From Candidatus Omnitrophota bacterium (lineage in GTDB: Bacteria > Omnitrophota > Gorgyraeia > Zapsychrales > Fredricksoniimonadaceae), in assembly GCA_903860135.1 (NCBI GenBank), contig CAIOPG010000006.1, positions 21,117 to 85,116 of the forward strand: DNA of 64,000 nucleotides, given 5' to 3'. Below the pieces are notes generated by a model. It was not told the DNA's origin and ran no database searches. It saw only the letters and a list, made by a program, of their open reading frames with translations. The position numbers and the translations under genes are program-made. Shown piece after piece: positions 50,706 through 59,985 of the stretch (position 1 is the stretch's first letter; each line of letters begins with the position of its first letter).

Positions 50706-52067
50706 ATGAACAGAAACATACAGCTCGAACTTGAAGATAAGTTGCTCGACAAGATTAAAGGTCGCCTTCATGTCATCCAGCTTGACCATGAGCGTGCGGA
50801 GATAGCTTTTGCTGCTCTGGAGAGTGTGCTGATCAATGATAAATCCCGCCGGTTCTCCAATGAGTTTGCCGACACAGAGGCCAAGCATATTTTTGTCCGT
50901 GAGTTTCTTTCTTACGGTATTATTGAAAAACTTTTGTGTGACACCGATGTTGAGGATATTATCATCAACTCCCTTCAGCCTATTTATATCCATCATGCCC
51001 AGAACGGGTTTATTGAAGCCGGCATAAAGTTTTTGAATATACGCGAGCTTAATCTTTTCATCAAGAAACTCATTATTTTTGCTAATCGTGATTCCATGAA
51101 GAGGGTGATCGATCTGGAGCTCGCTAATCTCGGCGGCCGGGCAAACATCATCACATCACCGTTTGGTGCCCAGATCACCATCACCAAGGCCAAGGTGGAT
51201 CCCATCAGCGTGATCGATCTCATCACACGCGGCACCCTGACTTACGAGGTGGCGGCTCAGTTATGGCTTTATGTGGATGGTTTGTCCATACGGCCGGCCA
51301 ATATTCTTCTGGCTGGCGGTCCCGGAACGGGGAAAACAACGTTGCTCAATGCCCTGTTCAGTTTCATTCCCGACAAGGATCACGTTGTTATCATTGAAGA
51401 CACCCTTGAACTCAATACCCTGCTGATGGACACGGTTTCCCGCCTCGAGAGTGATGATGAGCTGTCGCTGGCAGACCTGGTAAAAAACAGCCTGCGCATG
51501 CGTCCGGAACGTATTATTGTCGGCGAAGTCAGGGGCATTGAAGCCCGCGATATGATCACGGCCATGAATGTGGGAAAGTTTTGCATGTGCACCATACACG
51601 CCCTCACGGCGCGCGAGGCTATCATCCGTCTGCAGAGTGACCCGATGAATATCCCTGAAGCATTGATAAACCTGATCGATGTTTTTGTGGTGCTCAAGCG
51701 GTTTCATGTGGGGGGCAAGGTGTTCCGTGTGATCGACGAGGTGAGTGAAACCGGAGGGATGGAGCAGAAGAAGATACTGCTGTCGCCGATCTATAAATAC
51801 AATTACGAGCAGAACCGTATAACACAGATGTCGCCGAGCACGATCTATCGCGATAAGCTTTCCCGTGAAGCCGGCCTTAAGCCACGCGACATTATCAACG
51901 AAACGATCGTCCGCGCGCATGTACTTGAACGGCTGCACAGCCGTGGTGTATTTACGATTAAGGATGTGACCACTTTCTGCCGTGCTTATCGTCAAAATCC
52001 CGCCGATGCCATGGACCGTATCGGCCTCAATCGCCAGGCTCTTCTAAAAGAAGTCGAAAGGTTGTAG
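50706..52067 (+). CDS. TadA/CpaF/VirB11-family secretion ATPase
   Basis: GGPGTGKTT, IEDTLEL, LRMRPERIIVGEVRG, TIHA. Confidence 0.88.
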   Translation: MNRNIQLELEDKLLDKIKGRLHVIQLDHERAEIAFAALESVLINDKSRRFSNEFADTEAKHIFVREFLSYGIIEKLLCDTDVEDIIINSLQPIYIHHAQNGFIEAGIKFLNIRELNLFIKKLIIFANRDSMKRVIDLELANLGGRANIITSPFGAQITITKAKVDPISVIDLITRGTLTYEVAAQLWLYVDGLSIRPANILLAGGPGTGKTTLLNALFSFIPDKDHVVIIEDTLELNTLLMDTVSRLESDDELSLADLVKNSLRMRPERIIVGEVRGIEARDMITAMNVGKFCMCTIHALTAREAIIRLQSDPMNIPEALINLIDVFVVLKRFHVGGKVFRVIDEVSETGGMEQKKILLSPIYKYNYEQNRITQMSPSTIYRDKLSREAGLKPRDIINETIVRAHVLERLHSRGVFTIKDVTTFCRAYRQNPADAMDRIGLNRQALLKEVERL

Positions 52068-52095
52068 GCATTCCCATTCATTCTGGGGGCTTGTT

Positions 52096-53178
52096 ATGGC
52101 CAAATTATTAAGAAAATCCAACGCCAGGTCCAGATCGTCTGAGTCCTTGCATTATCAGGGCCAGCCAAGGCTGGGAGACGCAAAGATCACGGTTTTTGAT
52201 TATGATGCGGACAACTGTATTGAAAAAGTTGTTACGGACGTGGAAGCGTGTTTTCCTTTTCGGAATAAACCGACGGTAACATGGGTCAATGTGGACGGTT
52301 TGCATCAGACGGATATTCTTGAAAGACTGAGCCAAGGTTATTTGCTGCACCACCTTGTGCTTGAGGATATCCTGAACATTAATCAGCGCCCAAAGGCGGA
52401 AGATTTCGGGGAGTACATTTTCTTCGCCGCCAAGATGATGGAATATAACGAAGAAAGCGGCGAGATCACCGAAGAACAGGTGAGTATCATCCTGGGTGAT
52501 AATTTTGTTATCACGTTTCAGGAAGAGAAAGTGGGCGATGTCTTTGGTGATATTCGTCAGCGGTTGCGTGCCGGCAAGGGGCGGATCCGAAAAATGAAAG
52601 CGGATTATCTGGCGTACGCCATGCTCGACGCGATCGTGGACAATTACTTTGTGATCCTTGAAAAACTGGGCGAGAGGATTGAGTCTATCGAAGAACTCCT
52701 GGTTGATAAACCGGATCGGCAGACATTGCAGGCGATCAATCGTGTTAAACGCTCCCTGATTTTTCTGAGAAAATCTGTATGGCCGTTGCGCGAGGTTGCC
52801 CGCACCGTGACGCAGACCGAGTCGCCGCTTATTCGTCAGGAATCGCTGGCTTATTTTCGGGATATTCATGATCATATTATCCAAGCCGTGGACACCATCG
52901 AGGCTTTTCGTGATACGGTGTCGGGCATGTTGGACATTTACTTGTCGAGCCTGAGCCATCGGCTCAACGAGGTGATGAAGGTCTTGACGATCATTGCCAC
53001 GATCTTTATGCCGCTGACCTTTATTGCCGGGATATACGGAATGAATTTTAATACGCATGCTTCGGCCTGGAATATGCCTGAATTGAACTGGCCGTTGGGG
53101 TATCCTTTGGCCCTTGTTCTTATGCTGAGCATTGTTACGGGGATGGTTGTGTACTTTAAGAAAAAAAATTGGTTTTGA
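52096..53178 (+). CDS. corA: Magnesium/cobalt transporter CorA
   Basis: LEDILN..QRPK, LNEVMKVLT, YGMNF, MPEL. Confidence 0.95.
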   Translation: MAKLLRKSNARSRSSESLHYQGQPRLGDAKITVFDYDADNCIEKVVTDVEACFPFRNKPTVTWVNVDGLHQTDILERLSQGYLLHHLVLEDILNINQRPKAEDFGEYIFFAAKMMEYNEESGEITEEQVSIILGDNFVITFQEEKVGDVFGDIRQRLRAGKGRIRKMKADYLAYAMLDAIVDNYFVILEKLGERIESIEELLVDKPDRQTLQAINRVKRSLIFLRKSVWPLREVARTVTQTESPLIRQESLAYFRDIHDHIIQAVDTIEAFRDTVSGMLDIYLSSLSHRLNEVMKVLTIIATIFMPLTFIAGIYGMNFNTHASAWNMPELNWPLGYPLALVLMLSIVTGMVVYFKKKNWF

Positions 53179-53189
53179 CAGGAGGGATC

Positions 53190-54014
53190 ATGCTGAATTT
53201 CAAGGTTGATACGTCCACGTGCATCAATTGCGGCCTTTGCGCCAGCGATTGTCCGGCGAAGATCATTATGATGGGGGACAACGGTCCTGCGATCGCGACT
53301 GCGGATGAAGGGCGTTGTTACAGATGCCAACATTGCCTGGCGATTTGTCCGAAAGGGGCTGTTTCTATCCTGGGGGTTCTGCCATCAGCTTGCGCCCCTC
53401 TCGAAGGGAATCTGCCGTCAGCGGACCAGGTCGAAATCCTGATCAGGGGGCGTCGTACGGTACGCCGTTATCAGGATGAGAATCTTGATCCGGCTTTGAT
53501 CGCGCGGCTGCTGAATGTCGCCTGGCAGGGTGCTAGTGCCCGAAATGAGCGCAAGGTATTGCTGACGGTCATCGATGACCGCAAGGTCATGGAGGCTTTT
53601 CGCGCGGAGACGCTGGGCGCACTGGCACGCATGATCCGTGACAACAAGCTCCCGCCCGGACGCGAACGTTTCATTGATATTGTGGCGGCATGGGAAAACA
53701 AAAAGATCGATATTATATTTCGTGGTGCTCCACACCTCGTTGTGGCTTCTGCGCCTAAAACCTGCGCGACGCCCGAGGCAGATTGCCTGATCGCCTTGAC
53801 GACCTTCGAGCTCTTTGCCAGCAGCCTTGGTGTGGGTACGGTATGGTCGGGTATGTTGCAATGGGTTATGCTCGAGATATGGCCTGCCTTGAGGGGAAAA
53901 CTTGGGATACCGGAAGATCATGTGATAGGTTTTTCGATGGTCTTCGGGAAGCCGGCGGTAAAATACACCCGTACGGTGCGGCATGAGCCGGCCTGGATCG
54001 CGAGGGTTCATTGA
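53190..54014 (+). CDS. Ferredoxin-nitroreductase fusion protein
   Basis: Two CxxCxxCxxxCP motifs, RRTVRRY, GVGTVW; SD GGAGG. Confidence 0.9.
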   Translation: MLNFKVDTSTCINCGLCASDCPAKIIMMGDNGPAIATADEGRCYRCQHCLAICPKGAVSILGVLPSACAPLEGNLPSADQVEILIRGRRTVRRYQDENLDPALIARLLNVAWQGASARNERKVLLTVIDDRKVMEAFRAETLGALARMIRDNKLPPGRERFIDIVAAWENKKIDIIFRGAPHLVVASAPKTCATPEADCLIALTTFELFASSLGVGTVWSGMLQWVMLEIWPALRGKLGIPEDHVIGFSMVFGKPAVKYTRTVRHEPAWIARVH

Positions 54015-54673
54015 CAGGGATGGTGCCTGGACAAATGACCCGGGGGCGCACACTAGATCACGCCGCGGCTGTTTATGATATTTTAAGCCCGCTCATGCTG
54101 TTGGGGCAGGAACAAATGATGGCGCGACCGTGCCTGAAATATCTGGAAGATCCGGTCATTCATGACGTGCTTGACCTGGGTTGCGGGACAGGCACGCTGA
54201 CGCTTGAGATCGCCAGGCTATTGACAGCCCGTTGCGGCCAGGTGGTGGGCATTGATGCCGCCCCGCGCATGATCGAGGTTGCCAGGAAGAAAGCCGGGAT
54301 TATCCGTAATGTCCGTTTTGACGTTGTGGCCGCCGAAGCACTGCCTTACCCGGATCAAAGTTTCGACCATGTCCTTTCCACTTTCTTTTTTCATCATATA
54401 GATATGGAACTTAAATTGCGCGCCATCGACGAAGCGTTCCGTGTGCTCAGGCCGGGCGGCTCGCTCATCATTGTTGATGTTGATGCCCCGACCAATCTTT
54501 TCGGGCGAGTTTGTGCCTGGGCAGGGTATTATCTCTTCAAGCAGGAAGAAATACGCGAGAATATTGAAGGCAAACTATGCCTGGCGGCCGAACGTTCAAG
54601 GTTCGGCGCTTTCAAGCGCCTGGCGCATTATCAAGGGTATGTATCGGTATTGCAATTGACCAAGGGTTTTTGA
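54011..54673 (+). CDS. Class I SAM-dependent methyltransferase
   Basis: VLDLGCGTG, GIDA, LPYPDQSFD, VLRPGG. Confidence 0.88.
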   Translation: MTGMVPGQMTRGRTLDHAAAVYDILSPLMLLGQEQMMARPCLKYLEDPVIHDVLDLGCGTGTLTLEIARLLTARCGQVVGIDAAPRMIEVARKKAGIIRNVRFDVVAAEALPYPDQSFDHVLSTFFFHHIDMELKLRAIDEAFRVLRPGGSLIIVDVDAPTNLFGRVCAWAGYYLFKQEEIRENIEGKLCLAAERSRFGAFKRLAHYQGYVSVLQLTKGF

Positions 54674-54825
54674 CACCCCCGCCCTTTTGTGTGTCTTTCC
54701 TTTTTTTCATGTATATGTTATATTGTTTTCGTCATTATTTTCTCAAATTAGATTAGTTGTCATTCGCCCAAAAAAATTTGGCTGAAAGAAATTTTCTTTC
54801 AAGTTATTTAATAAAAGGGGAAGAT

Positions 54826-56436
54826 ATGGTACAAAAAACGCTAACCTTTCGCTGGATCTCAATCTGGGTTTTGGTGAGTTTTCTGGCCACCGCCGTGATC
54901 CCGCCCAAAGTGTACGCGCAGGCACTGAACCTGCCGGCGCCCGGGGCTATGGTGGGGTTGACCCCGGCGTATGTGCCGATCCTGATGAAGGGCGTGCGGG
55001 TGCATCCCGAGAATCCGCTTCTTTTTGATTTTATTGTGGACAGCGGGAAATCAAATTTTAAAGCAGAAAGCCCGGCGTTCAAGGCGGAGTCACAGAAGCT
55101 CATCAAGTATTTCTTGGCGTCGTTGACCATCAAGGAAGAAGATCTTTGGGTTAATTTAAGCCCGTATGAAAACAACCGCATCATCCCGCAGGTACTGGGC
55201 AAGACCGAGATGGGCCGCGATATGCTGGCGCAGGATTATATCCTCAAGCAATTGACCGCTTCGCTTATATATCCCGAGAAGGACCTGGGCAAGGCGTTCT
55301 GGAACCGGATCTACACCAAAGCCAAGGAACAGTTTGGCACAACCGATATCCCGGTCGATACCTTTAACAAAGTCTGGATTACCTCCGACAAGGCAAAAGT
55401 CTTTGAACGCAACAATGTCGCTTATATCGTCGGCGCGCACCTGAAAGTCATGCTCGAATCCGATTATCAAGCTGCGCAGGCTGTTGGCGTGCGTACAGGT
55501 GATCCTGTTATCACACCCGCCCCCGCCGCAGTGTGGAGAGGGCAAGGGAGGGGGGCGTCAGAAGAACTTGCCAAACAGGTCATCCGCGACGTCGTCATCC
55601 CCGAGATCGAAAAAGAAGTCAACGAAGGCCAGAATTTTGCAATGCTGCGCCAGATGTTCTATTCGATGATCCTCGCCTCTTGGTACAAGCTCGCTTTGAA
55701 AGATGCCCTGTTGAATCAGGTGTACAGTAATAAAGATAAAACCAGCGGGGTTCTCTCCGATGACCCGGCGGTAGCCACCAAGATCTACGAACAGTACCTG
55801 CAGGCGTATAAGAAAGGCGTGTTCGATTACATCAAAGAAGATATGGACGCTGTCACCCATGACCCTCTGCCCAGAAAGTATTTCTCGGGGGGGGTCGTTG
55901 ATTTGGCTAGCAAGGTGGAAGTTGAACGTCAGTCGGGTCGTTTGAATCTGACGGAAAATACCCAGCTCATATCTTCAGTATTCCTTTTGATGGTAAAGTT
56001 TTCGTCGGTGTTGGGAGGGCGTCTTTCATTGGCCAAACATTTGTCTTTGGTTGCGCTGATGACGGGTCTGTTCGCATGTCAGCCTGCTGTCCAGCCTCCG
56101 GCTGATCTTTTCTATGATTTAAGTAATTCCGACTTGATTACTTACCCTATTCAACTTGCGCCTGCCGATGCTACAAGGGTCTTTGTTCCCTTCAAGGTGG
56201 ATCATTCTGCGGATGTCGGTGGTATCGCGCTCAATGGGAAGCTGATGGACTTGGATGTGGCCAAAGACGGGAAGGGCGTTGAGATGAAATTCGATCCGAT
56301 CATGGTGGCGGAGTTTCAGCGGGGAAATTTTACGGGGGTTGAGGGGGTTATCCTCAATATTGTTCCGATGGTCAGCCCCTTATCGTTGTTGGGTCTGGAT
56401 AAAGCTTCGGTGGAGTTGGTGTCGGCCAAAGGGTGA
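54826..56436 (+). CDS. Exported modular protein: conserved N-domain, short variable cargo, GGIAL C-terminal module (paralog of 11259..13466)
   Basis: Start ATG 54826 after AAGGGG; signal peptide ending VYAQ; same motif series as the first copy up to YFSGG. Confidence 0.85.
   Translation: MVQKTLTFRWISIWVLVSFLATAVIPPKVYAQALNLPAPGAMVGLTPAYVPILMKGVRVHPENPLLFDFIVDSGKSNFKAESPAFKAESQKLIKYFLASLTIKEEDLWVNLSPYENNRIIPQVLGKTEMGRDMLAQDYILKQLTASLIYPEKDLGKAFWNRIYTKAKEQFGTTDIPVDTFNKVWITSDKAKVFERNNVAYIVGAHLKVMLESDYQAAQAVGVRTGDPVITPAPAAVWRGQGRGASEELAKQVIRDVVIPEIEKEVNEGQNFAMLRQMFYSMILASWYKLALKDALLNQVYSNKDKTSGVLSDDPAVATKIYEQYLQAYKKGVFDYIKEDMDAVTHDPLPRKYFSGGVVDLASKVEVERQSGRLNLTENTQLISSVFLLMVKFSSVLGGRLSLAKHLSLVALMTGLFACQPAVQPPADLFYDLSNSDLITYPIQLAPADATRVFVPFKVDHSADVGGIALNGKLMDLDVAKDGKGVEMKFDPIMVAEFQRGNFTGVEGVILNIVPMVSPLSLLGLDKASVELVSAKG
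55514..55555 (+). repeat. C-rich/G-rich palindromic element inside CDS
   Basis: CACCCGCCCCCGCCGCAGTGTGGAGAGGGCAAGGGAGGGGGG, near-identical to 11959-12000. Confidence 0.55.
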
Positions 56437-56467
56437 AACTGGCTTCGATTGCGTTAAGGTTATATAA

Positions 56468-59400
56468 ATGCTGAGACATATCATCAAAAGCTTATTGGGC
56501 ATATGGTGTTTGATCCTGGGGTTGACTTGTTGTGCATTGGCAGAACCGCCACAGGTTAAGGTTGTTGACGGTGACGGCACTCTTTCCCAGACGCAGGCTC
56601 CTGCGGCATCGACAACGGATTTTACGGTGTCAGGTCATATTGTAGGTGAAACCAGCCGGGCCGACATTCTTCCTGATGAGACGTGGAATGTACGCTTTTC
56701 AAATCCAAACGACAGCTTTCTTCTTCGTGTCCTTGACCCTTCGGGTACACGCATTCTTGGGAACTTGAATATTTATTACGGGAGCTTTGTCCTGTTGAAC
56801 ACCCATGGGATCGATATAGGCGCGTTGGCGAGGGTGAATGTCAATCATGCTGTTTTTGTTGCCTCGACGATCGACATTCAAAATCGTGATTTCATAGCGG
56901 GGAAGTATGCTTTTGATGCTGCGCACGGAGCCGCCAACAGAACTGTAGTTAACCACGGTTTGATCAGGACAATGGGTTCCAGTTCGGTCGTTTTGTTGGG
57001 TCAGGCCGTTGAGAATGCAGGGGTGATTGAGGCGCCACTCAGCAAGGTTGCGCTAGCCGCTGGTGATGCCGTGACATTGAGCCTCGATGCCAATGGGTTG
57101 ATCGGTGTGGAGGTCGCGGATCCGGTGAAAAGCAAGGTCCTTGACGGGGATGGCCGTGAGGTCGCCGCGCAGGTTGCCAATACGGGGACGATCACCGCCG
57201 ATGGCGGGACTGTGTTGATTAGCGCCAGGTCCTTGAATGATGTTTTCAACCGCAGCGTGAACCTTGAGGGGCGTATTCAGGCTAATCAGGCCCTGCAAGG
57301 TGCTGACGGCACCATCAGGATCGTGGCTTCGGATAAAATTGTTAATACGGGCGTGCTGGCAACGCGCAACGGCAAGCTTTATCTTACCAGTGACGGCGCG
57401 ATAGAAACGTCGGGGCATCTGGCGGCCGGGACGCTGGTGGAGCAAGGGGCGTCATGGCGCATGGGCGGTGAGGTGCAGGTCGGGACGGCCAGCATGGACA
57501 ATGCCGACGGCGCCGCGGTTTTGAGTACGGGCAGTTATACCGGGACGTTTGAGGATTCCGGCGATATCATTGTTGACAACGACGCCCGTATCACGCTGAC
57601 CGGTGCGACCGTGTTTGGGGCGGACACGGATCCCGGGACGCAGGCCCATGATGGCAACGGCATTTTCACCATGAACACCGGGTCTTCGATCATCGGCGGG
57701 GGGCATGCCTTGACGCTGTATTCCGCCGACAGGGATTCCGCCGGGGGAGCGGCGTCGTCGGTCCTTCGCGATATCAGCGGGGTCAACGGGTTGAACCTTT
57801 ATCGTTCTTCGGCGGCAACGGCCAGTCCTGCCTATACGCTGCGTGGAACCCTGGACGCAGGGGCGTACAATCTGGACATCGACGGGGATATTGTCTTGGA
57901 TCCAGGAGGCGCGTTGACCAATGCGGCTGATATTTTTATCACGGGTAACTGGACTAATAACGGTGGCACGTTCACGCCAGGGGCGAGCAGGGTGAATTTT
58001 ATCAGCACCATAGCGGATCAGCTGATCAACGGGACTGCCGTGGCACAGGTGTTTTATGACATCAGGGTGGCCAAGGGCAGTAAGACGTTAAGCGTGGGGG
58101 GCAGTACAACGGCATTGTCCTTGCACGACTTGGCCTTGGACAGTGGCATTTTCGCGACGGGGACGGCAACGACGGTCAATGTGGCGGGCAATGTGGTCTT
58201 TAATTCATTGGCAGTGACCGGATTTAATGGATTAACGCTCGATGCCGACACGTTCACGGCCAACGATGTGGTCAATATGATCGGCAACACGGCGCGCACC
58301 TATTACCCGGTTACGGATGCCGTGCTTGATGCGATGATCGCCGGCAGTCAGGTCAAGACCTTGATCATCGGCGTGCCGTATGACCAGGATGCATATGGCT
58401 GGCTGGCCAATTACTGGGGCGGCAGTGTCCCCGTCGGGACGAACCGCGTGAATATGGTTGATCGTAATTATGTTGCGTACATCGCGCATGTGAAGGACAG
58501 GATCGCCTCGGCGGGTTCAAGCCTGAAGCTTATCGTCGAGTTTGGTAATGAGTATAACCTCCATCCGGAGTGGTTTGGCGGTGATAGCCGGAACTGGTTC
58601 TCGGCGTTGACGGCGGCGGTCAGTGCTGTTCACGCGGCCTTCGGCAACAGTGTCAGGGTTTCAACAGCCACAGGTGATATTCCAGCAGATTTTGTGACGA
58701 CCATCCGGACTGGTGTTGACCTCGTTGGCGTGAACACTTATCGTGGGTTGGGCAACACCAGTTCGCTGGTAGCTGATTGGAATACGGCATGCTCTCTGAC
58801 GGGGATGGCGACACCTCTTTATGTCTCTGAATCGGGGTTCCCCTCGTGGGTCTGGGATGGTGGAGAGGCACAGCAGGACATCAATGTTCTTTCGTTGCGT
58901 GATGAGTTCCTGAAGAACAATCTTGGCATAACGTTCATGAGTTTTGAAGATAACATGAGGAAGGGCGGCTCGTTGTTTACCCAGGATTCACGTGAAGATT
59001 ATTGGGGATGGTTGCGCGCCAACGGGACGCATAAGGCGGTGTATGACACCATGTCGGCCGCTTGGGCATTGCCGGAGTTTCAGGCCGGGGCGGCGCATAT
59101 TAATGTTGCCGGTGACTGGGTCAATAACGGTGGCACATTTACCGCGGGCACAAGCACGGTGACGTTCGATGCGTCCAATGCCGGACACATCGTTAAATCC
59201 GGGACGTCGGCGTTTGCGGATGTTGTTTTTGACGATGGGGGCAAAGGCGGAGCTTGGACAGTAGCGACGGATCCCATGCAGGTCAACGGGAATTTGTCGC
59301 TGACCAGTGGCCATGTGACCCTTGGCATGAAGCTTATGGTTGGGGGCAATCTTGACATTGTCAACGCCACACTCGATGCGGTGGGTAAGACCATTGAACT

Positions 59401-59965
59401 TGCGGGGGACTGGCGCAATGCTGGACTTTTTATCCACGGGAATAATACTGTGACGCTCACCGGAGATGACCAGACGGTAGCAGGGGACAATACTTTCTAT
59501 AATTTGACCAAGACAAGTGCTAAAGGATCGGCACTGACTTTTGAGGCTGGATCTGTGCAGGCGATCGCGGGGGCACTGACATTAACAGGGTGTTCGGATG
59601 TTTACATGCGCTTGCGTTCGGACGTTCCCGGGAAGCAGTGGAAGATGCGTGCGGCTTCGGTTGATATGCAATGGCTTGACTTGAAGGACTCCTGGAATAC
59701 TGGAGACGATATCACGCCTTTGAATTTTCTGGATAGTGGCAATAATACAGGTTATGCCTTTGATCCTGATTATCCTGCTTTATCGACGGGTATTTTCCGT
59801 TTGGATGTCCTAGATATTCATGGGTTGACGTTTAATCTGGCTGTTGCACATGAGGCTCGTCTTGCGGCGCAGTTTCTGGGGTCATCCTTGATAGAAATGG
59901 ATGTGCCGTTTCCGGGAACTCCGCCCGTTATGTTTGGTTTATCCCATAAGTTCATGGTTGAATAA
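56468..59965 (+). CDS. TpsA-type (filamentous haemagglutinin-like) exoprotein with inserted glycoside hydrolase-like domain
   Basis: Signal peptide; TPS-like LNTHGI...FVAST, V.N.G.I.A repeats; beta-helix repeats GNWTNNGGTF / GDWVNNGGTF; internal EFGNEYN and YVSESG. Confidence 0.78.
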   Translation: MLRHIIKSLLGIWCLILGLTCCALAEPPQVKVVDGDGTLSQTQAPAASTTDFTVSGHIVGETSRADILPDETWNVRFSNPNDSFLLRVLDPSGTRILGNLNIYYGSFVLLNTHGIDIGALARVNVNHAVFVASTIDIQNRDFIAGKYAFDAAHGAANRTVVNHGLIRTMGSSSVVLLGQAVENAGVIEAPLSKVALAAGDAVTLSLDANGLIGVEVADPVKSKVLDGDGREVAAQVANTGTITADGGTVLISARSLNDVFNRSVNLEGRIQANQALQGADGTIRIVASDKIVNTGVLATRNGKLYLTSDGAIETSGHLAAGTLVEQGASWRMGGEVQVGTASMDNADGAAVLSTGSYTGTFEDSGDIIVDNDARITLTGATVFGADTDPGTQAHDGNGIFTMNTGSSIIGGGHALTLYSADRDSAGGAASSVLRDISGVNGLNLYRSSAATASPAYTLRGTLDAGAYNLDIDGDIVLDPGGALTNAADIFITGNWTNNGGTFTPGASRVNFISTIADQLINGTAVAQVFYDIRVAKGSKTLSVGGSTTALSLHDLALDSGIFATGTATTVNVAGNVVFNSLAVTGFNGLTLDADTFTANDVVNMIGNTARTYYPVTDAVLDAMIAGSQVKTLIIGVPYDQDAYGWLANYWGGSVPVGTNRVNMVDRNYVAYIAHVKDRIASAGSSLKLIVEFGNEYNLHPEWFGGDSRNWFSALTAAVSAVHAAFGNSVRVSTATGDIPADFVTTIRTGVDLVGVNTYRGLGNTSSLVADWNTACSLTGMATPLYVSESGFPSWVWDGGEAQQDINVLSLRDEFLKNNLGITFMSFEDNMRKGGSLFTQDSREDYWGWLRANGTHKAVYDTMSAAWALPEFQAGAAHINVAGDWVNNGGTFTAGTSTVTFDASNAGHIVKSGTSAFADVVFDDGGKGGAWTVATDPMQVNGNLSLTSGHVTLGMKLMVGGNLDIVNATLDAVGKTIELAGDWRNAGLFIHGNNTVTLTGDDQTVAGDNTFYNLTKTSAKGSALTFEAGSVQAIAGALTLTGCSDVYMRLRSDVPGKQWKMRAASVDMQWLDLKDSWNTGDDITPLNFLDSGNNTGYAFDPDYPALSTGIFRLDVLDIHGLTFNLAVAHEARLAAQFLGSSLIEMDVPFPGTPPVMFGLSHKFMVE

Positions 59966-59985
59966 AGGGTGAGGTTCTTGTACGT

